Below, one piece after another: positions 10,830 through 24,669 of a stretch of 64,000 nucleotides of DNA. Every line of letters begins with the position of its first letter. Within the stretch, counting starts at the first letter, position 1. The DNA is from Enoplolaimus lenunculus (lineage: Eukaryota). The notes under the pieces were generated by a model. The model did no database searches and had not been told where the DNA came from. It saw only the letters and a program-made list of their open reading frames with translations. The position numbers and the translations under genes were made by a program. The stretch is taken from NCBI GenBank assembly GCA_030248215.1, contig JASANG010003752.1, positions 1 through 64,000 of the forward strand, in the 5' to 3' direction.

Positions 10830-13413
10830 TTGCTGCACCAGTCCAGGTGGGCAGTACGATGTGACAAGCTGGCTACGCTGCATCAGTTTATTCGCAGGAC
10901 TGCGAAATGGAAGCTTGTTCTAAGTCCAGTAGTGTTTATCGCAGTATTTATATGCAATTTCTACGGATACATTGATCGATTGTTTGAAGTGGACTTCAAA
11001 TACTTTAAGGTAAATGCGAATAAATACGCAGGGTGAATAAAAATTCGCGGAATTGAATTATTATGTGTTTTTCCACGAGCGGTTTTGGTATTCTCGGTGT
11101 TAATACATTTGTATTTCAGAAGTTAAAATTAACCGTTGTTGACGAATTAGCTCTTATTTTTGGTAGAAAATTCCATATTTTTAATTTCCGTGCCGTTTCC
11201 GGCGTTTTTGATTGCATTTGCACCGCGGTATCCATACGATCGGATTTAATATTTCGGATATTGGTCGTTTGGGCTGGCCTATCCCTAGTATATCTGTCTG
11301 CAGTTGATTGTAACGGTCATGTGGAATTGCGTTTTGAATTTTTGTCTCGGTACTCGGCATGCATAACAGCATGAAACCTGTTTCTTGCTATGAATGCCTG
11401 CTTAAATTCGATTCCTTTCTCGGCTTTGCAAGTCGCATGGGCATAACGTATCTTTTTCAAATTGTATACGTAGTTGTTTTTCGTAAAAAACAATTCCCGT
11501 TTTTGTTTGGTTGACAAAGATTAAGTTCTCTGTTTTGCAATGGCGATACATAATATAACATACTTCTTTACATTTTTATTGAATTTTTCAGTATCCGCTC
11601 GATACTGATTTAGCTGGTGCCGTTCAAACATTGCGTAATGGCTTTGCGCCTGAGCCGTTCCCTGTCACTAATTTTGATCAGTATATCAATCTTGCAGGTG
11701 AGTATCTTTCATTGTACGTTTAAATTTATCACAAACACACTGCTTAGGTTTTGAGAAAGAACAAATTGCTGAACCTGGAAGTGAAACTTAAACCAGCGAT
11801 CGTATTCTCACTCAGCTGTTTGTAGTATGTATCGCCAGCTAATATACGTATATAGGTAATCATTTTTAAATAAGCAAACTGCACCAATTACCTTTTAAAC
11901 TCTGCTTCCATGTACAGCAAAGAAATTTGCTATTATGTATTTGATGGTCGCCATTTTTGATTTTCATATTTAGAAGACTTGACCAACAATCATATGATAG
12001 GCAGTGTGCAACCGGAATTATAAAATACCGGGACCGGAAAATTAAACAATATCGGAATCAGAACCGGAGCCGGAAAATGAAAATATTTGTTATCGAAAAA
12101 TTCATTTTAACGCTATTTTGTCGCTTTTAATGCTGTAAACGCATCAGTTACCATGCCAAAACCTGAAACAAATGCAGTAAGTGAATGGAAACATATGATA
12201 AATTATGGAGTATGGCACAAATTGAAAATTTTGGCTATACACGCTCAGACAGTTTTCGAAAAATAAGTTGGAATAATATGCCATTTTTTTAATTTTCGGA
12301 TGAGAAAATTTTTAATATCCAAAATACCATAATGTTCCGGTGAGAAAATACCGGATTTATTACCGGAACTCGATAATAAAAAATACTGGATTTCCCTACC
12401 GAAACCGGATTTCCGGTTTCAACCTGATGATAGGTGTTACACACGTTATATATTTAATTAAAGCTGGAACGCCTCACATACGTATTTTTGGCGCCGTTCC
12501 AAGTAAATTTAAAAACGTATGCAACGTTAGTATAGTCTACGTTGAAGATCATATGAATTATGTTCATTTATTATTGTATAAAAAGAATCTTAATTAATTG
12601 GCAGTGGTTATAACCGACAACTTTTCATGAGCATCTGAGTATCGGCATCGACGCAAAAAATGCGGATTCTTTGCCGGTACTATTTGGTTGCACAATTACA
12701 GTCAGTTGTAATGCTGTCGATTTCGTATGCTGGCGTAAATCAGTGTTGTGTCTGATAACGGAAACTGTATCTCTTTTGTGTTTGTGTTGAAAAACTTTGA
12801 AATGAGCCGTTGTCATAAAATTTGTTTTCGAAATAAAAGCAAAACCAGCGAAAACGATTTGGTATCGGCACATCCCACAAGTGGTTTGTGCTTTAGAATT
12901 CATGTTTTACGCTTTGCGCACTTGCTATTTATGTGTTTGGTACATAAAGACGCAGAAATTAGCTGTTTAAGTACTATGTTTTTTTTTGACTAACAAGTCA
13001 TACACGACGTTAAACCTGGTGTTAATAGTATACTTGAAAAATTTGGAGACTGAGAATAATTTTTGTGTTTGCGGGGGGGGCGGGGGGCTTAAAATATGTA
13101 CGCGGATGTGTCGGAGAGAGGAAGGTCGAATGTGGTTGGGCTACTCGCAAACATTTTAATTAAAATTAAGGGAATTGGCACAAATGCAATGTGACAACAA
13201 ATAGTGATACAAAACTGCCAAATCGCAACTCAAAATCGGCGTTTGCTGGTGTTAATGCAACAGTAATTTTAATGATTAAATCACGTCCTGATGCAGCTTT
13301 TACTCGAGATTTAATACGTCAGACATGGGGACAAGAACGAACTTTGAATGTTCGTATCAAAGGTAATCGTCTAAGGCTGAAATCGACTGAAGTGAAGCAG
13401 CATCATCATCAGC

Positions 13414-13451
<38 letters not shown>

Positions 13452-14492
13452 AATAAACAGCAGGTACTGGTAGGTAATAGCCAGTCGTGGCATCTAAGCG
13501 ATGTTATTGCAGATTACTTTAATCCAGAAAATTGGTTTCAATTGAAAATTATACGCTATTTTATTGTTGGTTCATCAGGGAAAACTTTTGAATTTAAACG
13601 TGAATTTGACCGATTTCAAGATTTAGTTCAGTATGATTTTGTCGATTCATATCTAAATAATACGATCAAAACAATGCTAGGAATGAATTGGGTTGTGACA
13701 CGATGCAACAAAGTGCCGTATGTTTTGTTTGTTGATGATGATTATCATGTCAATATGTATAATTTGGCAAGATATATCGCCGATATTGAGCATGGGAATG
13801 TAAATAATAGTTTTAACTATAATTATTCAAATAAATCTCGAAACGAAAATAATTTTGACAATAAATTTGAAAATAATTTTATTAATGAGAATAAATTTAA
13901 AAATAAGAATAATAATTTTAATAAACAAGACGCCATTTTTAGTAATTCTGAAACGACCACTAATGATAAAGTTCAATCTCTGCAGGCAATGAAACAACAA
14001 AATCGGATAGTGTATGCCGGTCGCGTGCTGGTAGCAAAACCAATGCGATCGAAGCTGAGCGTATGGTACATAACGTTAGATCAGTATCCGTTTACGACTT
14101 TTCCGGCGTATATTAATGGAGGGGCATATCTAATGAATAGTGAGACTGTGTCTTGGTTTTGGTACGCAAGTTATTGGGTCAAATCGTTTCCGTTTGACGA
14201 TGTGTATTTAGGAATTATTGCGTATAAACTTGGAATCAAGCCAACTTGTAGCCCAGGATTCCTGTATCAACATTATAACCAGCAGTATAATGCGGAACGG
14301 TTTCGGTCGGTGATTGCAGCGCATGGGTTTACAAACTCGGCAGAAATACGAAGGGCTTACAGGGATGTAGAGGCATTTGAAAAACGGCTTGCGGATTCGT
14401 CTGTGGGGGTGGAAAGCTTTAATTGGAATGATCATTTTAGACACCATTTCAGAAATTCAAAGGAGTGGTGTGCGTATGGTGGTTACTACTGA
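10830..14492 (+). CDS. bre-5: Beta-1,3-glycosyltransferase (GT31), brainiac/BRE-5-like
   Basis: Exons ~10830-11009 (TM segment, ..DRLFEVDFKYFK), 11592-11697 (YPLD..) and 13171-14492; phases 0 and 1 fit. Motifs IKS..R..IRQTWG, DFVDSYLNNTIKT, FVDDDY, FPAYINGG, FDDVYLGI. True start not found. Confidence 0.85.
12002..12426. mobile_element. hAT-type MITE family C
   Basis: CAGTGTGCAACCGGAA..TTCCGGTTTCAACCTG with perfect 8-bp TSD ATGATAGG. Homologous copy at 45849-46262. Confidence 0.85.
13412..13449 (+). repeat. (CAA)n microsatellite encoding polyQ in the glycosyltransferase
   Basis: Direct reading. Confidence 0.95.
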
Positions 14493-15830
14493 GCGTCATC
14501 GACGTTTCATTTAAGATTTACCAATGTCTATTGTTTCTACGCTGGGGAACCAAGGCATTCATCGGAGGTATGTTATCCGATAAAATTATTGATGTTTACC
14601 CTTGCCGAAATGATTTATCCCACTGCTTCAGATTACACTTTTCTTAAGTCCCTGATAAATGTGCGGTAACCAAAATTGTGCACATAAATTTCAAGCCGCT
14701 GCCTATATATAGTATAAGTAAACTTTTGTTGAATTCGCATGATTGCTCGTGATAGGACAAATGTCCCACAAAATAGCGTGCTTTAATCTCGGCGCTAAAG
14801 CTTGTATTGGTGTGGAAAGTCTACAATTAACTGAATTGCCAGACCTCTAAAACAGTGTTGTTTGTAATTTCTTGGTTTACACGCACGTTATATAGTTGGT
14901 GTGTTTGAAAATTTCTCATTTAGCCAGCCGTAGATGATAGAGCTATTTAAAACATTGACTGGGAATTCCGCTATATTAATGGTATGAAAATAAATTCTGT
15001 ATGTTCATAATTATTTAACGATCTGAATATTAACGTACTTTTAAATTTGTTAAATTTTGTATATATACTGTTTTATTTTGTATTATTTTGCTACTAGTCA
15101 AGAAGTTAGGGTGTGTTCCGAAATTGGGATCTAGTATAAAATCCAGTTCTTAATTATCCAGTATTTTTTTATTCAATTTTAAAACTGATCAGCAGATGCA
15201 CACAGAGCTGCATATCTTACCTGCGAGTAAAAATTTGCGATTCTTTACCCGCGTACATTTTTCATAAAAAATAACTTGAAACCAGATAATGTAGAACGAC
15301 TTCAGTTTTTTAAACTGTTTCACCGTATAAGTGAAAATAAGTAACGAGTAACATCAGTGCACTGTAAAATTACTCTCAATAAAATGCTGCAAGTAATATA
15401 TTTAATGACCGATGCCATGGCGCTTGTGGCAGTGATAATTTAAGTAAAATTATTATGCAAAGTTAATTTCTTGGGCAATAGTCATTGTATGAAATTGTAT
15501 ATTATAATAGCGTTCTGTATCCTTTCAATGTTAAATATCTTTTAGACGTATTTTTAAGCGCATCGTTTACCGTCGAATACTGGTGTGTCGTTGATGAAAT
15601 CTGGTTGAAAGTTATTTTTGGCTGTAAAATAGAGTTAGCGTAGCTGTTTGATATTTTATACGCCAACTCCGTAGGTGCATTAATATGTTTAAGTACAATG
15701 TGATTCAATATATTGCTGTAGGAATATAATAATCCATTTCGTATTGTAATTTGAACATCGACAGTATATTACGTAGTGTTGTGCAATTATCACTTTTTCT
15801 ATTCGACGGCGGCCAACGATACGTTTGACC

Positions 15831-16140
15831 GGCCGGCCAATCTTCTTCGGCCGCCGGCCGGCCAATCTTCTTCGGCCGCCGGCCGGCCAATCTTCTTCGG
15901 CCGCCGGCCGGCCAATCTTCTTCGGCCGCCGGCCGGCCAATCTTCTTCGGCCGCCGGCCGGCCAATCTTCTTCGGCCGCCGGCCGGCCAATCTTCTTCGG
16001 CCGCCGGCCGGCCAATCTTCTTCGGCCGCCGGCCGGCCAATCTTCTTCGGCCGCCGGCCGGCCAATCTTCTTCGGCCGCCGGCCGGCCAATCTTCTTCGG
16101 CCGCCGGCCGGCCAATCTTCTTCGGCCGGCGGCCGGCCAA
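15831..16140. repeat. GC-rich 25-bp minisatellite, ~12.4 copies
   Basis: Unit GGCCGGCCAATCTTCTTCGGCCGCC, essentially perfect. Confidence 0.97.
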
Positions 16141-16422
16141 TATAAGTAAAAATGTTAAAAATTATCAAACATTTGTTTCTAGGGCCGATTCCGATTCGAA
16201 TTTAATTCTGTTTGACACCCTGGTAGATGCAGATGAAAATGTGGTGGTGTGTTTCATGCACTTTGTACGCAGTTGGATCCGCGTTGTAGCGTCATTGAAG
16301 TTGAAATATTTATTACGACTATGTACATAATTCAGGGACTCGTGCTATTGTGAGCATTTTGGCTCATTTTTGCAAAACGAACCATTTTCGAAATCCGAAC
16401 TCGCGTGGAGTATAATACGTAC

Positions 16423-16593
16423 GGCCAATGTTACTTTCGGGGCGTAACAGTAGATTAAGCGTATTCCTAAGCCTGAGCCTGAGCCTGAGCCTAAGCCTAA
16501 GCCTAAACCTGGCAAAAAATAATCTAGAATCTAAGCCTACTCTTTTATAGAGACCCACCAGAAACCTGGACGCTCCTTAAAGTAACAGTGGCC
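16423..16593. mobile_element. GGCC-ended MITE family E with internal (GCCTAA/GCCTGA)n
   Basis: TIR GGCCAATGTTACTTT..AAAGTAACAGTGGCC; 8-bp flanks match 6/8. Homologous to 17699-17865, with a partial copy at ~22852-22970. Confidence 0.8.
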
Positions 16594-17698
16594 ATAAGTA
16601 TAATACGTACAGTTGTCAAGTATTGATAAGTTCAAATATTTATTGCTTATTGACATTTTCAACTTATCACAAGCAGGAGTGTAACGTAAGTAGGCAAACC
16701 AGAGATCAAAATGCACCTGGTTTACGTATAAATTTATTTATGCACAATAAATCGGGGCGTAGCCAGAGGGTTTTCAGGTGTAAACTGCCCTCCGTTTGCA
16801 ATTTTAACTCTAATACTGGAATAGTTAAAATTTCTAATAAAAGTGTATAACTGTGTTTTAGGCACTGTTAGTGTGAGAATTGTTTGGTGCCGGGGACTTG
16901 TAAGCGGGTGCCCCCAATGCTGCTTAGGGTCCCTTGAAATAGCAGGGATTTATGTAGGCGACCGACCAGCAATTTGAAGTTTCTTAAGATTTAGAACGTT
17001 TCAAGTATAGTATCCAAAGACATGGTATACATATATAGTGGTTTTTTGTCGTTTCGCTTTTTAAGTTGTTTCGGAATGCTTTGGGATCTTTGTTCTTTTT
17101 ACGTCATTAAAACGTGATATTGTAACATTCATTATATTAGCTAAGTATGCAAACCGGAAGCGTGTGATTTGGAAACCGGATTCTCTAAACCAACACACAT
17201 TAAGCGTTCTTGTTTGAATTCGTATCGGAAACTAAGGCATTTAATTTGCAAAATTATGGTTCAAAAACAAGTCAAAACAATTTTGCTTCACTTTACGGTG
17301 CTTGTACTTCACCAGTTTCAAAAGACATCCACAGAAGGGCACAATTGGAGGACTATCTCCGAACCGGGAAGAAAATCTGAGCCGAGCTTTTGGAGCTGAC
17401 TTCGAAGGTTACGTTGCCGAAATTTCATAGAAGAGTAAAAGCAAGTTTTATAAAATGAAACGAACGATAATAGGTATATATTTATAATATGATTACAACT
17501 ACAAAACTAAACAAAAGTATTTGGACGTTGCTCCAAACGCTCCGCAAGGATTTTTCCAGGAGTCAGCGGTAGATCTCGGATTGTATCCTATAGATGGGCA
17601 TAGGATATTTGGATATATCCGATAAGAAACGTTGTCCATCGGAATAATGACCGTATTTTTAAATTATATATCTCAAAATTTGCTCAGTAAAAAATTTG

Positions 17699-17865
17699 GG
17701 CCAATGTTACTTTAAGGGGCATTACAGTAGATTAAGCGTATTCCTAAGCCAAAGCGTTGGCAAAAATGAATTCCTAAGCCTAAGCAAAAAATGTAATCTG
17801 AAATCTAAATGTACTCTTTTGTAAACCGACCAGAAACTTGGATGTTCCTTTGAGTAACATGGGCC
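17699..17865. mobile_element. GGCC-ended MITE family E
   Basis: TIRs with perfect 8-bp TSD AAAATTTG. Confidence 0.85.
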
Positions 17866-17983
17866 AAAATTTGTACCGAATACGCACCGTCAAGTACTAA
17901 ATTTATTAACTTGGCAAGAAGCAAATTCTACTTGTATACATATGCCAGGTCGCGTCGCGACATTTACATATATACTGTGTGCA

Positions 17984-18166
17984 GGTCCATGAAAGATCAG
18001 GGGCGGAACATTTCCTATGGCACCAGCAAAGAGTAAAGCTTTAGATTAATTTTTTGCTTGACTTAGGCTTAGGAATATGCTCATTCTTACGCTTAAGCTT
18101 ACGCTTTAGACTTACTCGTAGGAATGTGCTTATAATATTGTTCCGCCCCTGTTCTTTACATTGGCC
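17984..18166. mobile_element. GGCC-ended MITE family F
   Basis: CAGGGGCGGAAC..GTTCCGCCCCTG subterminal IR and internal TTAGGCTTAGG. Second copy at 24499-24669. Confidence 0.75.
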
Positions 18167-18757
18167 AATACGCCCCACGCTAAGCGATATCTTATACTCT
18201 AAAACAATCCAAAAGTACTTTATCAGCGATTCTAGCCGTCAGAATAATGAACAGCTTAGTGTGGGATTTGGAGGCGGCAAGACCATTCTGTTTAGTTTTC
18301 TTTCAAACTGCGGAAGGTTCAATGAAGCCGCAGCCCCACTGAGTCAGAAAAAGCACAAATTTAATTCAAAAAGTTTGGTTGTTGCGGAGTTTCCACCCTA
18401 CTTTTGTGTCATGAAATTAATAGTAAATTAGGTGCGCTAAACCAGTCATCAAGCGCAAAAAATAACGCAACTTTCGGTTCCTCAGTAGTCCATAAGATCA
18501 CAAAAAGTGACAGTATTAGGATTCAAGTGTTAAAAATATGAAATTTAATTGAAATATCAGAAAGGTATGAGGAGCCAAATAGGTATTATGTTCCGATACA
18601 TTAAAACTAGTGCTAGTCTGGAAGATGTAGACCAATCTTACTTTAACAATGTAGCGACCAAAATATACTACAAAGTTTAAGCCTGCTTAGCGTAAACACA
18701 ACTCTAAAACGAAGCTTATCCTAAGCCCAAGCAAAAAAAATTACTCTAAAATTTGTG

Positions 18758-19432
18758 CAGGGTTCACGTTACCGGGCAGAGCTTGGGACACATTTTGTCC
18801 CTATTAGACTATTGGGTAACGTTTTGTCTGCTTGTAGACCCGATATCGTATTCAAAAATTAGTATTTGTCTGCTATTATGTGTAGGTCACCTTTTGTTCT
18901 TCAATATCCATATGATATTCGATGTAATGTCTGTGAATATCATGTGATATATTTTCAAATGTCTCCATGCTTGAGGTAGCATACCTAAATTGTCCTGTTG
19001 AATATCATATGAAACTAGAATGTGAAATTTGAATTTTTGAATTAATAAGCTGTGCTTGTAAGCGATTTTCTGTCGGAAACGCTTTGCAGGCGTGTGTTTG
19101 GTATTTAAATCACATCTGTGCGTCTGCCGTTTGACTTTTCATTCATTTGTTAGCATCCAAAGACTACACTATCACGCTGAATATCATATGATATTCGTTG
19201 AAATTTTGAAATATATGTATGATATTCGCATAATGTCCCAAAGTAACACGTGACATACCGTTCCTTTGCACACATTGATTATTTGAGAGCTGTGGCCTGT
19301 AAGCTAATGTCATATATATGGCATTCGAGCTTTGTCTGTTGACCCGATATAAGAGCCCGAATTTTAACGTTGACCGCGAGTCAACATAGGACAAACCGTG
19401 TCCCGCCTTCCCCGGTTATAACGTGAATCCCG
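18758..19432. mobile_element. Degenerate TIR element (hAT-like CAGGG start)
   Basis: CAGGGTTCACGTTA..GGGACA mirrored by TGTCCC..TAACGTGAATCCCG; internal GAATATCATATGATATTC palindromes. Confidence 0.55.
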
Positions 19433-19969
19433 CATTAAGCCTTGCCTATTTCGGTGTAGTGAAAAGGCAGGCAATAGCGCACCCAAAGGTTGACAGGTGG
19501 GCGTACGCCCCCGCCAGAAATTTAATGATAAATTGGTAACCTCCCTGCAATTTCCCCCTCAGAAATTTTCTGTGATAAAAAATGACAAGGTTTCTCTCTA
19601 CCTTGCAATAATACCCCCTCCGAAAAATTTTGCTGAGAACTGCGTTTCCAAACATACGATCCTGCCCTCCGCTAGAAATTCCTAGATCCGCCGAAAAAAC
19701 CAGGACACCACTTAAAGTAACATGGTCTGAAGTTTGTACGATTTAGAGAGAGAAGGTTTACTGACAAACGTATATTTCAAGAAGGTTCTTTCTTCTTAGA
19801 ACGTAAAACGACTTATGTATTAATAGTTCGAGGGAAGAGTTACATTCGATACAATCCCTGTTGCAGTGGTTTAAATCAGACGGAGACAAACCAAATCAAT
19901 TCGATGTCAGATTGCCAACGCAAGTATTTATTAGTTAGTAGTAATACATATTATAAACCGAATACCTAC

Positions 19970-20296
19970 TAGCCGTGCAACCGGAGGCGAAAAACGCCGG
20001 AGCCGGATGTCAAAGACACTTGCCGGAGCCGGACCCGGAGGTGAGGCGAAATTAGGTAGTAAAAATGATGGTTTAGTTAATTTTAGCCAATATCTGCAAT
20101 ATGTTGTTAAGTTGTTTGGTTTTACGCTAATTTCATGGGGAAATTTCGGAAATTCTTTCCTTAAAATTGTAACAAAAGTAAAACGATACGCGCTAAACAC
20201 GATAAATTTTGCAAAATTATGCAAAATTTTACTACCGAAATTGCCGGAACCATTATTTTATAAGCTAAATTTGTTTAACTTCCGACTGCAACCTGC
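19970..20296. mobile_element. hAT-type MITE family D
   Basis: Reverse-orientation homolog of 24113-24444. Confidence 0.65.
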
Positions 20297-20337
20297 TGAT
20301 AAGCACACATATATAGAATAGAGTTACATTTCTATAT

Positions 20338-23300
20338 TCATCCAGCAGCGACTTTAAAATTTGCTAAAATGCCATAATGATCGCTTGGAAAACACATTAT
20401 CGATCGTATCCGCTGTCTTCCGATAAGTTCAAATCCATTTGGTGTCAGGCTAAATCTTGCGCCTGGAGGCATCTTGATAAACAGTCTATCATAGCGAGCT
20501 TGCGGTTTGAACCGTGATACAGTTCCCAAATTGTCGTTGGTCAAACAGTCCCATGTGAATTTAAGGTCTTTTTGCGATCCGTTTGCTTCCCACACATCAA
20601 TTAAATTTTTGACATCGACGTTTACTTCCAAAAGCTACAAAAGCGAAGCACAAATTACTTGTTTACTGGAATGATTTTGCGCTCGGGTCAGCAGCTAAAC
20701 GGGGTTGCGCTGGTGGGAGAACTCAGCCAATCCAGAAAAAGTTTAACCTCATGAAGAACATTTTATTTCATTTTGACCACATGGCGAAATATTAATAGTC
20801 TGCGTTAAATTTCAGCGAAACTTTAACACGATCGAAAACTAAAATATCGAAACAAAGAATATATGGCGTTTTAGAATAAAATGAAATGATACATAGAAAT
20901 AAATCGTCTAACTATTAACCCATTCTCACATGAATATTTTAGTTCTCCCATAAATTCCTTCCAGTATTTATTGATTTGCATGCGGGTTTCTGTAGTTTTG
21001 AGCACTTGGAACAAAATATAGGTATAAATTGCGTGCGAAATCGCTCAATTTTGACAGCGTTAAACGTTTCAACCAGTTGCCACCCGGTTTGGAACAGAAG
21101 AAAATTCTGACTACAGTTGCACTAATGAAATTTACTGGTTTTTAAACAAAAATCTCCGTTAAACCCGACTGAGCACGACTAAAAAAGTAACATTTTGTCT
21201 TTTACCTCTTTATCTCGTAAATTCAAATCACCTCCGAATATCACAACAGAGTCGTTCGAAACGCGTTGAATTTCTTCGAAACACGTACACAATTGCCGGA
21301 TCCGTTCAGTCGAATGTTCTTTGCAACTTTCCAAGTGCGTTGTCATCAAAACAATGTTGACGCTGTTATCGAATGTAATCTACAACATTAATCAAAAATT
21401 AGCTAAAATACAACCCAGTCTTTTACTCGTCGCCAATATGAACGATGCCCAAATCGCGTATTGTGCGCATTCAAGCTTTACTAATATAAATACAGGCACG
21501 GATAGAAATAAGTGCGCAGAAACATGCTATACACAGTTGACATTAAGCACAGTTATATTGAAAACACATTAAAATCAGGTTGATTCGATCAGGATCTTCC
21601 TAAAATTTAAATCTCCTAATTGTTATTTTAAATTTAAATGATTTCAAAATACTGTTTGAAAAAATTCAAAAAACAAAAAACAAACAAACCAACTTTTGCT
21701 CGCAGCAGCTCTCGTCCCATCGTTGTAGTTCGAAACGGAATGATTTCAAACGAGCTAATACGCGTTGTTTGGTTTCTAACCAGCAATACGGTGAAATATG
21801 TTGAGTTCAGCGGCTTAGAAGCGCCGAATAAGAGCGTGTATTTATCGCTCAGATGCTTCTCGTAGATTTTATACGACTCTGGAACAATTTCTTGAAGAAA
21901 TACAGCATCAGGATTGTGGCTAAAACAACGAACAGTTACTTGTAAACTGAATGGCTGCCTCGATTTCACCGCTCCAACCGGAACAATATAAAGCTTATGG
22001 CAAACATTGGAACTAAGTGACAAAAACAAGCTTCATAGTGATAATATAACAAGGTATGCTTATATGTTGATAAATAATTTTGCCGAAATTTCCGCCGGAA
22101 CCGGAATTCCGCTTCACTACCAAACTGTATAATACCTTCGTACGCAACTGCCACTGCAATTTGTACCTATAGTGTTTAGGTTACGATTATTGTGTAAAAA
22201 AGCGACAGTAGAATGAAAGAACATGGCCATTAGTGCACCCCTAAACGGGGGGGGGGTCGCAATCTTAATAAGCTCCTCATTTAGCACTGTAAAAAAATAA
22301 GAGCTAAAAGCATTTGAGACTATAATAATTCATATTTGGGTCAAAAACTGTGATAAAAATATAAGATTAAAATATGAGCTCACCAGAGGGTGTCGGGCAG
22401 CTGCTACGTGGGTATTTTGCTACATCTACCGAAAGTATCGTACTACAATGTAAGTTGTACCTTTCGATAATTTGAATCGCAGCTTTCGTGCGCGTCATCA
22501 AATTTCCCTTATCGAGACCATCAACATTCCACGTTATAATTCGAAACACTCCAGTTCCCGTAGTCGAATTTGCTGAGCGTTGAGTTGCTTCGCCACATTT
22601 TGCCAGCATCGTTTCTACTGTATCGCACGTTGTTGTCGTTGAAGTCGACTGCTTTGATGCTGATAGTGTGACACCAACGTTTTGAGGCAAACCCATTTCG
22701 TGAAAAAATTTATCGATCGCCATCTGAAACAAACAAAACAAACAATACGTCAAAAAACAAAACAAAGAAACGAAAAAACACTATTAAATAGCCAAACAAC
22801 TCAACCACGTCACGAACAATAAAGAAACACACCATAATGCATTGAATTTTGAGCCAATGTTACTTTAAGGCGCGTAACAGCAAATCAAGTGTATTCCTAA
22901 GCCTAAGCCTAAGGCTAAGCCTAAGCAAAAAATATAATCTAGAATCTAAACCTACTCTTTTATAGACCAAGATTCTATCACACATTTTAAGCAAATATAA
23001 CTGTTGCCTGCTCGGCAAATTTTATACAATTGTATACTTTTGCTGGGAGAATAATGAGAATGTTGCACTATCACAATGCAATCAGCATTTTCAAAAAGAT
23101 CAACCACCGACTGCCAATAGATTTTCAAACAAAACAACTGTATACAGCATTTCGTAATCATCGAGAACGAGCAAATTAATGAAGCAGCAGAGTTACATCC
23201 GGTTACGCGTATTCCGGTTTATTCCGTGTATTTTCGACGTAAATTTCCGGCCCCGAGTATTTGCTGTAAAAAAATTCCGGGTCCGTATATTTATTTTCAA

Positions 23301-23531
23301 TTTAAAATTATATCAACACCAGACGAAAACAGATCACAAACGACAATTTTACATTCAGTTGTGACTCAATTTATATTATTTTACCTCGACGTCCCAATTA
23401 TTTCGTTGAAGGAACATGTGTGCACATATCGTATCGGTTCGAGTTATTTCAGAAAATTGCTGTACTCGTAGTTCCGCGTCATTGTCACTGATGTTCACTT
23501 CTTCAGTATCACTGTCACCTGTATTTGCCAT
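20338..23531 (-). CDS. TDP2: Tyrosyl-DNA phosphodiesterase 2 (UBA-like + EEP domain)
   Basis: Exons 23531-23385, 22723-22461, 21919-21694, 21379-21206, 20634-20338, all GT-AG and in phase. Motifs FSEIT..FLQRNNWDVE, ITWNVDGLD, VFLQE, TMGRELL, THLES, FGGDLN, FTWD, RYDR, FPSDHYG. Confidence 0.95.
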
Positions 23532-24112
23532 TGTGTTAATATGTACCTAAAATACAAACACTTGCACAGAGAAAATACAACCAGAGATGAAAAAATACAC
23601 CCGGAGGTGAAACCAAATTAGGTCCACAGCTCAAACCATGCTAAATTGGCTCAATTTACAATATAACCGATAACGATGTTGTCGGAAAATTTGGTTTGAG
23701 CGTCTATTTTGAGAAACTTTAAACAATTCAATAGACTTCGAAAATTGTCGATATTTAGAAAGAAAACTCATTTAAAAACATTTTTGCAAAAATATTGGAA
23801 ATTTCACTACCGAAATTGTTTTTTGCCGGAGCCGAAGATTGTGCGTTTAAACTGGGGGGTCTCGTGTCGTTTAAGAGAAGAATGTTTTGCTAAATATACC
23901 ACTTTTGTTAAAGGTTGTAGCGTATTGAAGCCGTTTATCAGCTTCATGATTAGATTTTGAAATTTTATGATTCGAATTTTATGTCTATCATTGGTGCTGT
24001 GCTCTTGGGACAGTTGGACAGCCGTCAGAGTAAGGTTCAGGATGTTAACAGAAATATGATAAACTTTCGGCAAACACTGTCCGATATCCGGGCATGAAAT
24101 AATATCTGATAC

Positions 24113-24444
24113 CAGGGTACAACCTGAGGTCTGTCTCCGGCTCCGGCAGAAAATCGGCCTCCGGCTGCGGTAGAATTTGAGGTTCCGCCAATTTCTGTAG
24201 TAAAATTTTGCAAAATTTATCTGTTTAGCGCGTTTCGTTTGACTTTTCTAAAAAAATTTTCAGGAAAGAAATTTCTGAAATTCCGCAGAAAATTAGCGTA
24301 AAGCCGAACAACATAACAACATATTGCAGATATTGGCTAAAATTAATTAAACATCAGTTTTATTGCCTAATATCGCTTCAACTCCGGCTCCGGCAGGTTT
24401 CGTTGACCTCCAGCTACGGTATTTTCATTTCCGGTTGCACCCTA
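24113..24444. mobile_element. hAT-type MITE family D
   Basis: CAGGGTACAACC..GGTTGCACCCTA; TSD TCTGATAC/GCTGATAC. Confidence 0.8.
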
Positions 24445-24498
24445 GCTGATACCAATGCTTAGCTTTGGCCGTATCACATCGTAAATTTAGAAACATCC

Positions 24499-24669
24499 GG
24501 CCCATGTTAAGATCAGGGGCGGAACGTTTTTCTGTGGGACTGCAATAGAGTAGCTTAAGCTTTGGACTTTTTTTGCTTCGCTTAGGCTAAGAAATATGCT
24601 CATTCTAACGCTTACGATTATGCTTAGAAATATGCTTATACCGTTCCGCCCCTGTTCTTTACATTGGAC
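24499..24669. mobile_element. GGCC-ended MITE family F
   Basis: Homologous to 17984-18166. Confidence 0.75.

Noticed and set aside
15689..16330. Several 100-180 aa ORFs
   Set aside because: Artefacts of the stop-free 25-bp array.
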